A stretch of 64,000 nt of DNA from Gemmatimonas sp. (GCA_965279375.1 OZ257156.1:1312001-1376000); one strand, 5' to 3'. Positions 19,765-29,719 are shown, counted from the stretch's first letter. The notes: generated from the letters alone by a model not told the origin. Translations and numbers: made by a program.

Positions 19765-19868
19765 CATCGCATTGCTGCAGACAGGGCCTGCACGGAGTGC
19801 GCCCTGTTCGCTGCGCTCACTGGTCGCATCCTATTGCAGGGCCCTGCTGCAGAATGCAATCGTTAGAC
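19759..19868 (+). repeat. attC site, family A
   Basis: GTCTAAC...GTTAGAC. Confidence 0.92.
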
Positions 19869-19887
19869 CGCACTCAATCCTAACTGC

Positions 19888-20799
19888 ATGATTCAGAAGT
19901 CCACTGTATTCGTCCTCGGTGCGGGCGCTTCACGCGCCTTTGGCTACCCAAGCGGATTGGAGCTGTGCGAGCTGCTCGCCGCGCCGGATCTCCAGGGAGG
20001 GCGCACCGGGCCGCTGCAGACGCTCCTGCAATCTGGATACGCTGAGCCTGACGTGCGGGCGTTTGCCGAAGCCTTACGCCTATCTGGCCGACTATCTGTT
20101 GATGCATTCCTAGAGCATCGCTCGGAGTTCCTTGCGATTGGAAAGGCGGCGATCGCGGCCGCTCTAATTCCATCCGAGGATCGCCTCAAGCTCTTTCAGC
20201 GAACAAACGGTCGGCAGTCGCTCTACGACTATATATGGGCAAAACTAAACGCGAAGCCTGAAGACTTTCATCGCAACCAAGTGGCGTTCGTGACATTCAA
20301 CTATGACCGCTCCTTGGAGGAGTACCTGACTATCGCGATTCAGAACTCGTATGGGTTGACGGCCGAGGATGCTGCGCACCTCTTGACCGCGATACCGATA
20401 CTCCACGTTCACGGTACTCTTGGCGCGCACCCGGCCTTCTCAAAGGAACGCACGAGGCCATACCAACCTATCGCGGACAGCGCTGCGCTCGAGCTCGCGA
20501 CGAGAACTGTCCGCATCATTCACGAGCCGGAGGATGTAAGTGCAGGCTTTCAGGACGCGCGCAACGCAATGAGTATGTGCGAACAGGTTGTTTTTCTTGG
20601 TTTTGGCTACGATCCGACCAATCTCGGTCGGCTGAAGGTTCGTGAGATACCCCAACGCGTAGCGAACTATGGCACGTCTTTGGGACTCACACAGCTTGAA
20701 CGTTCCGCCGTCGCACAAGCGTTTGATCACCGAATCACGCTAGGTGCAGAGGATGAGGACGCGCTCGGGTTTCTTCGCAGGGCCGTCCCGCTCCAATAG
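19888..20799 (+). CDS. SIR2-like domain protein
   Basis: VFVLGAGAS, FVTFNYD, ILHVHG, VFLGFGY. Confidence 0.85.
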   Translation: MIQKSTVFVLGAGASRAFGYPSGLELCELLAAPDLQGGRTGPLQTLLQSGYAEPDVRAFAEALRLSGRLSVDAFLEHRSEFLAIGKAAIAAALIPSEDRLKLFQRTNGRQSLYDYIWAKLNAKPEDFHRNQVAFVTFNYDRSLEEYLTIAIQNSYGLTAEDAAHLLTAIPILHVHGTLGAHPAFSKERTRPYQPIADSAALELATRTVRIIHEPEDVSAGFQDARNAMSMCEQVVFLGFGYDPTNLGRLKVREIPQRVANYGTSLGLTQLERSAVAQAFDHRITLGAEDEDALGFLRRAVPLQ

Positions 20800-20807
20800 G
20801 TCGTGCG

Positions 20808-20920
20808 GTCTAACCTTGCGTTGCGCTCGACAGGGCCTTCAAGGAGTGCGGCCTATTGCTCGCTGCGCTCGCTGGCCGCATCCTATTGAAGGGCCCTGCA
20901 AGCGAACGCGATCGTTAGGC
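20808..20920 (+). repeat. attC site, family A
   Basis: GTCTAAC...GTTAGGC. Confidence 0.92.
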
Positions 20921-20942
20921 GGCGGGCGGCACACCATTGATC

Positions 20943-21398
20943 ATGACCCCGTCAATCCTCGATCCGTCGACGCTGCTCCCCCATCGCTTTCCGTTCCTGT
21001 TGGTGGATCGGATTGACGCCGTTGATCCAGGGAAATCCGCGCATGGGACGAAACTGATAACCGGGGCGGAATGGCTGATCGGGCACACGCGCGCGACCGG
21101 TGGGCTGCGGGCGATGCCCCATCTGCTCATCGTCGAAGCATTAGCTCAGCTATCGGGGGCGGTCCTGGCTGGCCTGCTGCCGGAGAGTGCGGGGGCCATC
21201 GGCTACTTCCTCGGAATCAACGCCGCCCACTTTCGCGGGGAGGCGCGGCCGGGCGACGTGCTCGCGCTCCACGTCGAACTGCGCGCGTTTCGCCGCGGCC
21301 TCTGTCGTACCTACGGCGTGGCGCGGGTTGGCACGCAGCGCGTCGTGCGCGCGGAGCTGACGTCCGTGCTGCGCCCTGCCGACGGGCTGGCGCGCTAG
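20943..21398 (+). CDS. FabZ-like hotdog-fold dehydratase (copy 1)
   Basis: LLPHRFPFLLVDRI, MP.LLIVEALAQ, F...ARPGD. Confidence 0.85.
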   Translation: MTPSILDPSTLLPHRFPFLLVDRIDAVDPGKSAHGTKLITGAEWLIGHTRATGGLRAMPHLLIVEALAQLSGAVLAGLLPESAGAIGYFLGINAAHFRGEARPGDVLALHVELRAFRRGLCRTYGVARVGTQRVVRAELTSVLRPADGLAR

Positions 21399-21538
21399 CG
21401 CTTCGCGGACTTCCATGTCATCGTGCCCGCGTGGGGCGCATTGCAGATCGTATCGCGGTCAGACGGCGGGTAACCGGCTCGTCTGGGAGCTTCGTCCACC
21501 GCCGGTGCGCGTGACCGGGAATCGGCGCGGGCCCGACC

Positions 21539-21649
21539 GCCTAACATCGCATTGCTGCAGACAGGGCCTCCACGGATTGCACGCTTGCTCGCTGTGCTCA
21601 CCGCGTGCAACCTATGGGAGGGCCCTGCTGCAGAATGCAATCGTTAGAT
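21539..21649 (+). repeat. attC site, family A
   Basis: GCCTAAC...GTTAGAT. Confidence 0.9.
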
Positions 21650-22027
21650 TGCCTCGCGCCCGTTCCAGGGGAGGTGGACGCCGTTCGCGGGCTCTGCACG
21701 GTGCGGTGGCGGTGATGTCGGGGCGCGACGCGTGAGGATTGCGTACGGGTCGCGCCCACGGTCGCATCAGGTGAGGGCGCCATCGGTATCGTGCTGGATC
21801 TGCTGGCAGCGACCACCCCAGGCTTGCGCGGTGCGGCCGACTGTGCGTGGTGCGCGTTCCACTGGCGAAGGGTGCCCCCGACTGGCAAACCGCCGTCGAT
21901 GATCCTTGAGCGACCGCGCACCGAATGGCGGAGGCGTAGGCCAGAGTCGATCACCTACACAGCGCGGACGACGGGGGCGACGTCACGCTCGGCTGGCCGC
22001 CCCTCGGCGCGACGCACTCGTTCGGCG

Positions 22028-23251
22028 TTATCGGGTTTCCCACCGCGTCCACGCTCGACGCTCTGAGCCGTCCGGCGCGCGCACGACGATGTGCCGGTGC
22101 TCTAGGCCGTGGCTGTGGTCGATCAATCCAGTTTCGAAAACCCGCAACCTCTGCTCGCGGATGTCGCGTGGGTACAAGGATTCCCAAATGAAGTCACCGG
22201 GGGCCTTGTATAGGCGCACCTCTTCCGTTGGGAAAAACTCTCGTTCGCTGACCTGACGCTCCGTGAAATCGGCTTGGAGCAGAATCACCGAGTCGGTGGC
22301 GGCCACGCGGCGCATGTCGATCTTCCGTATACCCGTGACCTGATCGATGCCGCGCCCCACCAGCGTCGAATCATCCTGAAGGGGCGCGACATAGAATGGG
22401 GCATCGAAGTTCTTGCTGTCATCCCACGCATCGCCCGTGCGCTGGATTGGCGTTAGCAGCACTGCCGTCGAGCCGCCACCTCCTTTGACCGGTACGAGTT
22501 CCCCGTGATAGACGATTTGCGCGTACCCGACGCTCAGAATCGCATGGTAGGCTCCCCCGTCTTTCGTCACAAGCATGTACGCGTCCTTGGTCTCAAAGCG
22601 CCCAGCCCACGTCCCCACCACGGCGCGCGCAATCCGGCGCCCTTCGATCACGCGTTGCTGCGCGGCGAGGCGATTCTGCTCGGCCTGCTCTGCCCTGACC
22701 GCCTCCTCAGCGCGCTGCCGCTGGTCATCGGTCACCCGCTGCTGTTCCGCCGCCATCGCGGCGCTCTGCTGCTGGTTGTAAATAAACGTGCTCGCGAGAA
22801 GCAGCGAGAAAGAGCACACCGGAATCCAAATATCTCGATGCCGGTTGCTGCCACGCACCACCATCGCCACGATGGCGACGCCGCTCGCGATGGCGATGAT
22901 GTAGGCCGCCACGAGCACCGCAGCGGCAATGGTATCCCGCAGCGCGTCAAGCGCGGCGCCGAGGAAAACGAGCACCACAAACACGGCCAAGAGCCCGCCG
23001 GCGGCGTTCCCGCTATCGGAGGACTCGCCACCCCCCGAAGAATTCCTCCCCGCGCCTTCCGACGAGCTGGTGGAGGACGGGCGGTGCGCCACGCCATAGT
23101 CGAAGCCTTTGTTGTAGATGTCGTTCTCGCGAGGGTTCGTGGTGTACCCCTTGGTGAGCGAGTGCATGACCTGCTCACCAACGTCCGCTTCTTGGCCCGC
23201 GCGAACGCCCGCCTCGTAGACCTCATCGTCTCGACCTTTTCCGGCACTCAT
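22028..23251 (-). CDS. Membrane protein of unknown function (3 TM, coiled coil, large soluble C-terminal region)
   Basis: GGAGG before ATG 23251; three hydrophobic helices; Q/E/R-rich coil. Confidence 0.7.
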   Translation of the reverse strand: MSAGKGRDDEVYEAGVRAGQEADVGEQVMHSLTKGYTTNPRENDIYNKGFDYGVAHRPSSTSSSEGAGRNSSGGGESSDSGNAAGGLLAVFVVLVFLGAALDALRDTIAAAVLVAAYIIAIASGVAIVAMVVRGSNRHRDIWIPVCSFSLLLASTFIYNQQQSAAMAAEQQRVTDDQRQRAEEAVRAEQAEQNRLAAQQRVIEGRRIARAVVGTWAGRFETKDAYMLVTKDGGAYHAILSVGYAQIVYHGELVPVKGGGGSTAVLLTPIQRTGDAWDDSKNFDAPFYVAPLQDDSTLVGRGIDQVTGIRKIDMRRVAATDSVILLQADFTERQVSEREFFPTEEVRLYKAPGDFIWESLYPRDIREQRLRVFETGLIDHSHGLEHRHIVVRAPDGSERRAWTRWETR

Positions 23252-23691
23252 TGTCCTCCCCCCCATGCTCGACACGGTGGCTCATTGACCGCACAGTGAT
23301 TCAGTCGGCGGCGCCCTGCGCGCCACGCAGCCGTGTGGACGCGTTCGCCGTGTCAGCACCGCCGGCCCAGAATTGAACGGGGCCGACGCGTCCCCGCTAG
23401 GCGTGAGCTTCGCAAATAGCAACCGCCTAGCCCGCTCGAACATCCGGTCGCAGGCGCGGCATGCGGATTCGCTCTTGGTTTGGAATTCTTCACCGGTGCG
23501 CGCCGATGGCGCTGCACTAATATCGGCACGCGCGTCATCGTGGTGATCCCCCGGAGTGCGCCGGATCCGAGTTCGTACAACGGCCGCCGTTCGCGGTCGC
23601 CGAGACGGTCTTTGACGAGTATGATTTCGGTGGCTGCAGTCTGGCTTCGATGGAGGTCACCTATCCGCTAGCGTCCTCGAACGAGTCGGCA

Positions 23692-23804
23692 ATCTAACCT
23701 TGCGTTGCTGCTGACAGGGCCTTCAAAGATTGCGGCCTGTTGCTCGCTGCGCTCGCTGGCCGCAACTTATAGAAGGGCCCTGCAGCAGAACGCGAGCGTT
23801 AGAT
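23692..23804 (+). repeat. attC site, family A
   Basis: ATCTAAC...GTTAGAT. Confidence 0.92.
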
Positions 23805-23945
23805 GGCGGCTCAGAGACTGGTGTGATCGCGAGCGAGTAGTGCGAGATTGTGTGAGTGGTGTTGCGGGAATCCGGCATTGTGGTGTCGGTCGTCTGTCGC
23901 TGGTGGCGCCCTACAAGCTTCGTGACTTCCAATGGGAGGTGTGTA

Positions 23946-24239
23946 ATGGCCGAAACGCAGGACGTGCCGCGTGCAGCGACGTCCCCGGAAGGCCGCGTCC
24001 TGCGTCTCGTCGGGGCACTGATTGCGGGGATTGACCTCGTGCTCGCGTGGTCTGACAAGCGCGCTGGGCACGCCGTGCCGTGGAGCGCGTGGGCGAAGCC
24101 GCTCTGGCTGGTGGCCCTGCTGGTGCTCGCGGAACCGAGCGTCGCGCAGCGCTGGCCGCAACGACAGCGCGTCGGCGTAGTCGTGCTGGGAGTGGTCGGG
24201 GTGTGTCTCGTCGTCTTGCGCCTCGCCACGCGCGACTAG
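23946..24239 (+). CDS. Small 3-TM membrane protein (paralog 1)
   Basis: GGAGG RBS; paralog at 30953-31249 conserves the frame. Confidence 0.72.
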   Translation: MAETQDVPRAATSPEGRVLRLVGALIAGIDLVLAWSDKRAGHAVPWSAWAKPLWLVALLVLAEPSVAQRWPQRQRVGVVVLGVVGVCLVVLRLATRD

Positions 24240-24453
24240 TCGCGCAGTCGCGCGCACTTCGGCGAATCCGCAAACCATTGTGCGCCGTGACGCGCTCTCC
24301 CGCTCGGGCCGGTCCGACAACGCAAGGTCGCACTGACCGACCGGACCTCCCCGCCGATGCCGGGGCCGTGTGACGGTGTCCGGTTCGCGTTCCCGCGAGT
24401 TCGCACCGCGCGACGGGCCCGCGCACGCGCGACATCACGCACGACTTGCCGCC

Positions 24454-24572
24454 ATCTAACCTCGCGTTGTTGCAGCCAGCCGCTCAGCGGTGCGCCGTGT
24501 AACTGCGGCGCTGGCGCGCCTCCGTTCACGGCTTCCTATTTGAGCAGCTGCTGCAAAACGCAATCGTTAGAG
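24454..24572 (+). repeat. attC site, family B
   Basis: ATCTAAC...GTTAGAG. Confidence 0.92.
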
Positions 24573-24604
24573 AGCCCACCGCCCCCACATCCAAACATCG
24601 GCTC

Positions 24605-25309
24605 GTGAACCTCGCGGTCTTCGATATCGACGGCACGCTGCTCAACAATCTGGCCGGGGAAGACGCGTGCTACGCGCAGGCGCTACGCGAGCAGTTGGCG
24701 CTGGAAGACCTCGACACCGACTGGGCCAGTTACGAGCACGTGTCCGACGATGGCATCGCGACCGAGGCCTACGCGCGGGCGTATGGATGCCCCCCGACCG
24801 CCGTGCTGCGTACCGCGACGATTGATCACTTCGTGGCGCTCCTGCGCGCGGCTCATGTGTCGTCCGCGCCGCTGGTTGCCTTGCGCGGTGCGCACGAGTT
24901 GCTCACCGCGCTCCCGGCGCGCCGGTGGGCGGTCGCGTTGGCGACCGGGGCGTGGCGTCGCGCAGCGGAGTACAAGCTCGCGGCGGCGGGACTGCCGATC
25001 GCCGACGTGCCGCTGGCGACGTCGGAAGATGGTCCGGCCCGCGTGGCGATCGTCACCAGCGCCATCGCACGCGCGCAGGCTCAGTGGGGCGTCCCCGAGT
25101 TTGCCCGCGTGATCGCGATCGGCGATGGGGTCTGGGACGTGCGGGCGGCAGAGGCGCTCGCCCTACCGTTCGCTGGGGTGGGCGTGGGGCCATCGGTCGC
25201 TCGCTTGCGCGGAGCGGGGGCATCGCACATCATCGCGGACTACGCGGATCTGGCGGGCACGCTCCGAGTGTTCGACGAGGTGCAAGTTCCTCGCAGGGCG
25301 GCTCTCTAA
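24605..25309 (+). CDS. HAD-superfamily hydrolase (copy 2)
   Basis: Same length and motifs as 9433-10137. Confidence 0.9.
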   Translation: MNLAVFDIDGTLLNNLAGEDACYAQALREQLALEDLDTDWASYEHVSDDGIATEAYARAYGCPPTAVLRTATIDHFVALLRAAHVSSAPLVALRGAHELLTALPARRWAVALATGAWRRAAEYKLAAAGLPIADVPLATSEDGPARVAIVTSAIARAQAQWGVPEFARVIAIGDGVWDVRAAEALALPFAGVGVGPSVARLRGAGASHIIADYADLAGTLRVFDEVQVPRRAAL

Positions 25310-25413
25310 CCCGGCGTTGCGGCAGTCAGGGCCTTCAGGGATGGCTCCCTGTTCGCTGCGCTCACTGGTCGCATCCTATTGAAGGGCCCTGCTGCCGAAC
25401 GCAATCGTTAGGC
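25304..25413 (+). repeat. attC site, family A
   Basis: CTCTAAC...GTTAGGC. Confidence 0.92.
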
Positions 25414-25426
25414 GGCATCTCCACCG

Positions 25427-26056
25427 ATGGACTCATCTCAAATCCTGACAATGAAGAATCTTCGACAGCAAGAGTTGCTCGACCTCTCCAAGTGTCCACA
25501 CTGCAGAGTCGCGTCTCCCCTGATGCAGCGAATTCACACGTTCTACTTCAAGGGTATGGTCGCGACTGAGACGAAGGACTGGACGCTCTACATGTGTCGA
25601 TCTTGCGGTCAGCCAACGATGGCTGGCGGCACTCATGGTACAGGAGGGACGGTTGACACTCTTATTCCGCAGCCAAGAGAGATCGATGATCAAATTCCAG
25701 AACGTCCTCGGACCTATCTTCAGCAAGCCATGGACACGATCCATTCGCCGGCGGCATCGGTCATGGTCTCGGCGAGTGCAATAGACTCAATGCTCAAGAC
25801 GAAAGGTCTTGTGAAAGGCAGTCTTTACACACGCATTGATGAGGCCGCCACCCAGCACCTTATTACAAGAGAGATGGCGGCTTGGGCTCATGACATTCGA
25901 CTCGACGCCAACGATGAGCGCCATGCTGATACTGAGGCAGTGACGAGTACGTCAGACGACGCGCATCGGTGTTTAGCATTCGCTATCGCGCTTGCAGAGT
26001 ATCTGTTTGTGTTGCCAGCGCGAGTAGAGCGCGGACGAGGCGGGAATTCTGCGTAG
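25427..26056 (+). CDS. Zn-ribbon plus DUF4145 (HEPN-like) protein
   Basis: CPHC...CRSC; GSLYTRID...WAHDIRLDANDERH...LAEYLFVLP. Confidence 0.82.
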   Translation: MDSSQILTMKNLRQQELLDLSKCPHCRVASPLMQRIHTFYFKGMVATETKDWTLYMCRSCGQPTMAGGTHGTGGTVDTLIPQPREIDDQIPERPRTYLQQAMDTIHSPAASVMVSASAIDSMLKTKGLVKGSLYTRIDEAATQHLITREMAAWAHDIRLDANDERHADTEAVTSTSDDAHRCLAFAIALAEYLFVLPARVERGRGGNSA

Positions 26057-26119
26057 CTGCCACGATGTGCCGCCAGTTGGCTTGTCGCTTCGAATCAAGA
26101 GCCGCGCGAACGACATGCC

Positions 26120-26229
26120 GCCTAACAGTGCGTTGCTCTTGACAGGGCCGCTATTGATTGCTCCCTGTTCGCTGCGCTCACTGGTCGCATTTTGTTGAAC
26201 GGCCCTGCAAGAGAACGCGAGCGTTAGGC
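26120..26229 (+). repeat. attC site, family A
   Basis: GCCTAAC...GTTAGGC. Confidence 0.92.
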
Positions 26230-26251
26230 GGCGGGCGGCAAATCACTGATC

Positions 26252-26707
26252 ATGACCCCATCGATCCTCGATCCCACGACGCTGCTGCCGCATCGCTTTC
26301 CGTTCCTCTTGGTGGATCGGATTGTCGACGTGGATCCCGGGAAGTCCGCGCAGGGCACGAAACTGGTGACCGGCTCGGAATGGCTGATCGGGCACACGTG
26401 CGCGACCGGGGGGCTGCGGGCGATGCCGCATCTCCTCATCGTCGAAGCGTTGGCGCAGCTCTCGGGGGCGGTCCTGGCCGGCCTGCTGCCGGCGAGCGCG
26501 GGGGCGATCGGCTACTTCCTCGGGATCAACGCGGCGCACTTTCGCGGGGAGGCGCGGCCGGGGGACGTCCTCGCGCTCCACGTCGAACTGCGCGCGTTTC
26601 GCCGGGGCCTGTGTCGCACCTACGGCGTGGCGCGGGTTGGCACGCAGCGCGTCGTGCGCGCGGAGCTGACATCCGTGCTGCGCCCGGCCGACGGGCCGGC
26701 GCGCTAG
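26252..26707 (+). CDS. FabZ-like hotdog-fold dehydratase (copy 2)
   Basis: Near-identical to 20943-21398. Confidence 0.85.
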   Translation: MTPSILDPTTLLPHRFPFLLVDRIVDVDPGKSAQGTKLVTGSEWLIGHTCATGGLRAMPHLLIVEALAQLSGAVLAGLLPASAGAIGYFLGINAAHFRGEARPGDVLALHVELRAFRRGLCRTYGVARVGTQRVVRAELTSVLRPADGPAR

Positions 26708-26847
26708 CGCTCCGCGGACTTCCGCGGCATCGTGCCCGCGTGGGGCGTGTCGCCGATCGTGTCGCGGTCGGACGGCGGGTGACCGGTTCGTCTGGGAGCT
26801 TCGTCCACCGGCTGCGCGCGTGACCGGGAGTCGGCGCAGGCCCGACC

Positions 26848-26958
26848 GCCTAACATCGCATTGCTGCAGTCAGGGCCTTCAAGGACTGCCGCCTTGTTCG
26901 CTGCGCTCACCGGCGGCGTCTTATTGCAGGGCCCTGCTGCAGAATGCAATCGTTAGGC
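26848..26958 (+). repeat. attC site, family A
   Basis: GCCTAAC...GTTAGGC. Confidence 0.9.
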
Positions 26959-27015
26959 TGCTAGGTGGTTCAACTTTAGCAAGGTTCCGAAGTGAACTCC
27001 CATTCGTGAGGCGTT

Positions 27016-28677
27016 ATGAAGATTCTCAGTGCGCTCTTGCTGACTTCACTCATTGTCTTATCGTCGCCGTCCGGTGCGCAGCAACCACCTAGTCGTACGT
27101 GTCAGTTCAACGCTGGACCACGCGCGGGACAGAGACAGTCGTACCCCCAAGCGCAGCCGATCCCGGTCGGCTCGCCGTGCCAGGATGGTCAGGGCAGCAC
27201 GGGACTCGCCATCGCGGAGCAAGGTCCAAACCCGATCCCTGGCGGCGGTTCAGGCCAGCTGACCCGGACATGTCAGTTCAATGCTGGACCACGCACGGGA
27301 CAGCGACAGTCGTACCCACAAGCGCAGCCGATCCCGGTCGGCTCGCCGTGCCAAGATGGTCAGGGCAGCACGGGACTCACCGTTGCGGAGCAAGGTCCGC
27401 CCCCCGTCCCCGGCGGCGGTTCAGGCCAGCTGACCCGGACATGTCAGTTCAATGCTGGACCACGCGCGGGACAGCGACAGTCGTACCCACAAGCGCAGCC
27501 GATCCCGGTCGGCTCGCCGTGCCAAGATGGTCAGGGCAGCACGGGACTCACCGTTGCGGAGCAAGGTCCGCCCCCCATCCCCGGCGGCGGTTCGGGCCAG
27601 CTGACCCGGACGTGTCAGTTCAACGCTGGACCACGCGCGGGGCAAACGCAGTCGTACCCAGAAGCGCAGCCGATCCCGGTCGGATCGCCGTGTCAGGATG
27701 GTCAGGGCAGCACGGGACTCGCCATCGCGGAGCAAGGTCCAACCCCGATCCCCGGCGGCGGTTCGGGCCAGCTGACCCGGACGTGTCAGTTCAACGCTGG
27801 ACCACGCGCGGGGCAAACGCAGTCGTACCCAGAAGCGCAGCCGATCCCGGTCGGATCGCCGTGTCAGGATGGTCAGGGCAGCACGGGACTCGCCATCGCG
27901 GAGCAAGGTCCAACCCCGATCCCCGGCGGTGGTTCAGGCCAGCTGACCCGGACGTGTCAGTTCAGTACTGGACCGCGCGCGGGGCAGACGCAGACGTACC
28001 CCCAAGCACAGCCGATCCCAGTCGGGTCTCCATGCCAAGATGGTCAAGGCAGCACGGGGACAGCCGTGCCAGACAAGCAACTGACGTCCGCAACACAAAC
28101 CGCGACCTGTCCGGCGGGATTTAGCTGTGCATTCATTCCCGCCACGCAGCTACCCCAGATCAAACCACAACTTACCATGGTCTGGTGCTGGGTCGCATCC
28201 GCCCAAGCGATTTTTCAATACTATGGTCACGATGTAGACCAAGCGACGATCGTATCGCAGGTGCTCGGCCAACCGATTGTCACCGCAGCAAACGCGCAGA
28301 TGATGGTGTCAATGCTTAATCGGCAGTACGTCGATAAGCAGGGCGTTCCGTTTGCTGTTCGCACTCCTTTGCTATGGGACTCCTTCTCCTGGCTCTCGGC
28401 GAACCCGGCCTTTATGGCTAACATCGGCGCGCAACCGCTAAACAATCGCGGAGTTCGTGACGCAATAGCTGCAGGGCGCCCGCTTCTTATTGGCACGAAG
28501 AATCACGCAATGGTGCTCGTCGGCATGATCTACTCAGATGTGAACGGCAACATCATCCCTCGAGCAGGCTACGTACTCGATCCAGCGCCAACCGCCTTCG
28601 GGGGCGCAGTCGGCCTAAGGCAACTTAGCGCAGGAGAAATGACCGCGTACTTTGCCGCAGACGTCACCGTTCAGTAG
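27016..28677 (+). CDS. Secreted protein with six 57-aa two-Cys repeats and a papain-like (C39/C70-type) peptidase domain
   Basis: Signal peptide; repeats; Q...WCWVASAQAIFQYYG, HAMVLVG, VLDP as Cys-His-Asp triad. Confidence 0.8.
   Translation: MKILSALLLTSLIVLSSPSGAQQPPSRTCQFNAGPRAGQRQSYPQAQPIPVGSPCQDGQGSTGLAIAEQGPNPIPGGGSGQLTRTCQFNAGPRTGQRQSYPQAQPIPVGSPCQDGQGSTGLTVAEQGPPPVPGGGSGQLTRTCQFNAGPRAGQRQSYPQAQPIPVGSPCQDGQGSTGLTVAEQGPPPIPGGGSGQLTRTCQFNAGPRAGQTQSYPEAQPIPVGSPCQDGQGSTGLAIAEQGPTPIPGGGSGQLTRTCQFNAGPRAGQTQSYPEAQPIPVGSPCQDGQGSTGLAIAEQGPTPIPGGGSGQLTRTCQFSTGPRAGQTQTYPQAQPIPVGSPCQDGQGSTGTAVPDKQLTSATQTATCPAGFSCAFIPATQLPQIKPQLTMVWCWVASAQAIFQYYGHDVDQATIVSQVLGQPIVTAANAQMMVSMLNRQYVDKQGVPFAVRTPLLWDSFSWLSANPAFMANIGAQPLNNRGVRDAIAAGRPLLIGTKNHAMVLVGMIYSDVNGNIIPRAGYVLDPAPTAFGGAVGLRQLSAGEMTAYFAADVTVQ
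27094..28072 (+). repeat. Intragenic tandem repeat, 171-bp unit, six copies (last lacks the linker)
   Basis: Units start at 27094, 27265 and onward, encoding RTCQFNAGPRAGQ...PCQDGQGSTG...GGGSGQLT. Confidence 0.92.
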
Positions 28678-28757
28678 TAGCGGTCTACAGCAAAGACAGC
28701 CGATCGAACTGCGAAGCTTTGGTTGGTTGCCATGAGCACTCAGACTCGCGCATAGCA

Positions 28758-28876
28758 GCCTAACCTTGCGTTGGTGCAGACAGCCGCTCAGCGGTGCGCC
28801 GTGTAACTGCGGCGCTGGCGCGCCTCCGTTCACGGCTTCCTATTTGAGCGGCTGCAGCACAACGCCATCGTTAGAC
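28758..28876 (+). repeat. attC site, family B
   Basis: GCCTAAC...GTTAGAC. Confidence 0.92.
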
Positions 28877-29001
28877 AGCCGCATCGTATGTTGATGTCAA
28901 GGCAGCGTCCGGTCGGATCTTTGGTGTTTGTCCGACGCGAGCCGCGCGTCCGGTGTGCAGCGGCCCAAAGCGTATCCGTCGAGATTCGTGAGGCCTCGCG
29001 C

Positions 29002-29029
29002 TTGCCGGGATGTACGGTGTATGTACATT
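29002..29029 (+). promoter_or_regulatory. Putative brnTA promoter and operator
   Basis: TTGCCG-N16-TACATT overlapped by palindrome ATGTAC-N7-GTACAT (29010-29028). Confidence 0.55.
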
Positions 29030-29035
29030 CCGAAT

Positions 29036-29326
29036 ATGACCGCGCCGGACTTTACGTGGGACCCGAAGAAGGATGCCGCGAACCAGCGCAAGCATGGGGT
29101 CGCCTTTGAGGAGGCGCGCACGGTCTTCGAGGATGATGAGGCGTTGCTCATCCCGGACCCGGCGCATTCGACCGGGGAAGAGCGCTTCGTCCTGCTTGGC
29201 CTGAGTGCGGCGCTGCGCGTGCTCGTGGTGGTGCACTGCGAGCCCGTCGCGGACCAGATCCGGATCATCTCGGCTCGGAAAGCCGATCCCAGCGAACGTC
29301 GGACCTATGCCCGGAGACGCGCCTGA
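29036..29326 (+). CDS. brnT: BrnT-family toxin
   Basis: FTWDPKKDAANQRKHGVAFEEA...EERF...IRIISARKA. Confidence 0.92.
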   Translation: MTAPDFTWDPKKDAANQRKHGVAFEEARTVFEDDEALLIPDPAHSTGEERFVLLGLSAALRVLVVVHCEPVADQIRIISARKADPSERRTYARRRA

Positions 29327-29556
29327 TGAAAGCCCGCTATGACTTCACCGCCGCCACGAAGAACCCGTACGCGAAACGGCTCAAGCAGTCGGTCACGATC
29401 CGCCTCGATGTGTCCACGGTCGCTTACTTCAAGGCGCTGGCCGAGGAGACCGAGCTCCCGTATCAGAGTCTCATCAATCTGTATCTGCGGGATTGCGCGG
29501 CGTCGGGCCGTCGGCCGGCACTGACGTGGCGTCCCACGCGGGCCCGCGCGAGCTGA
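29326..29556 (+). CDS. brnA: BrnA/CopG-like antitoxin
   Basis: YDF...KNPY...VTIRLD...YFK...PYQSLINLYL; TGATG coupling. Confidence 0.88.
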   Translation: MKARYDFTAATKNPYAKRLKQSVTIRLDVSTVAYFKALAEETELPYQSLINLYLRDCAASGRRPALTWRPTRARAS

Positions 29557-29608
29557 CGCGCGCGTGAGTACGGTCGTCCGCGCGCGAGACAACAACGGTA
29601 TTGCGGCT

Positions 29609-29719
29609 GTCTAACATAGCGTTGCTGTTGACAACTGCTTCAAGGATTGTGGCCGTGCTCGCGTCGCTCGCTGGCCACAACCTATTGAAGGCCGTTGCAA
29701 CAGAACGCAATCGTTAGCG
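29609..29719 (+). repeat. attC site, family A
   Basis: GTCTAAC...GTTAGCG. Confidence 0.92.
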
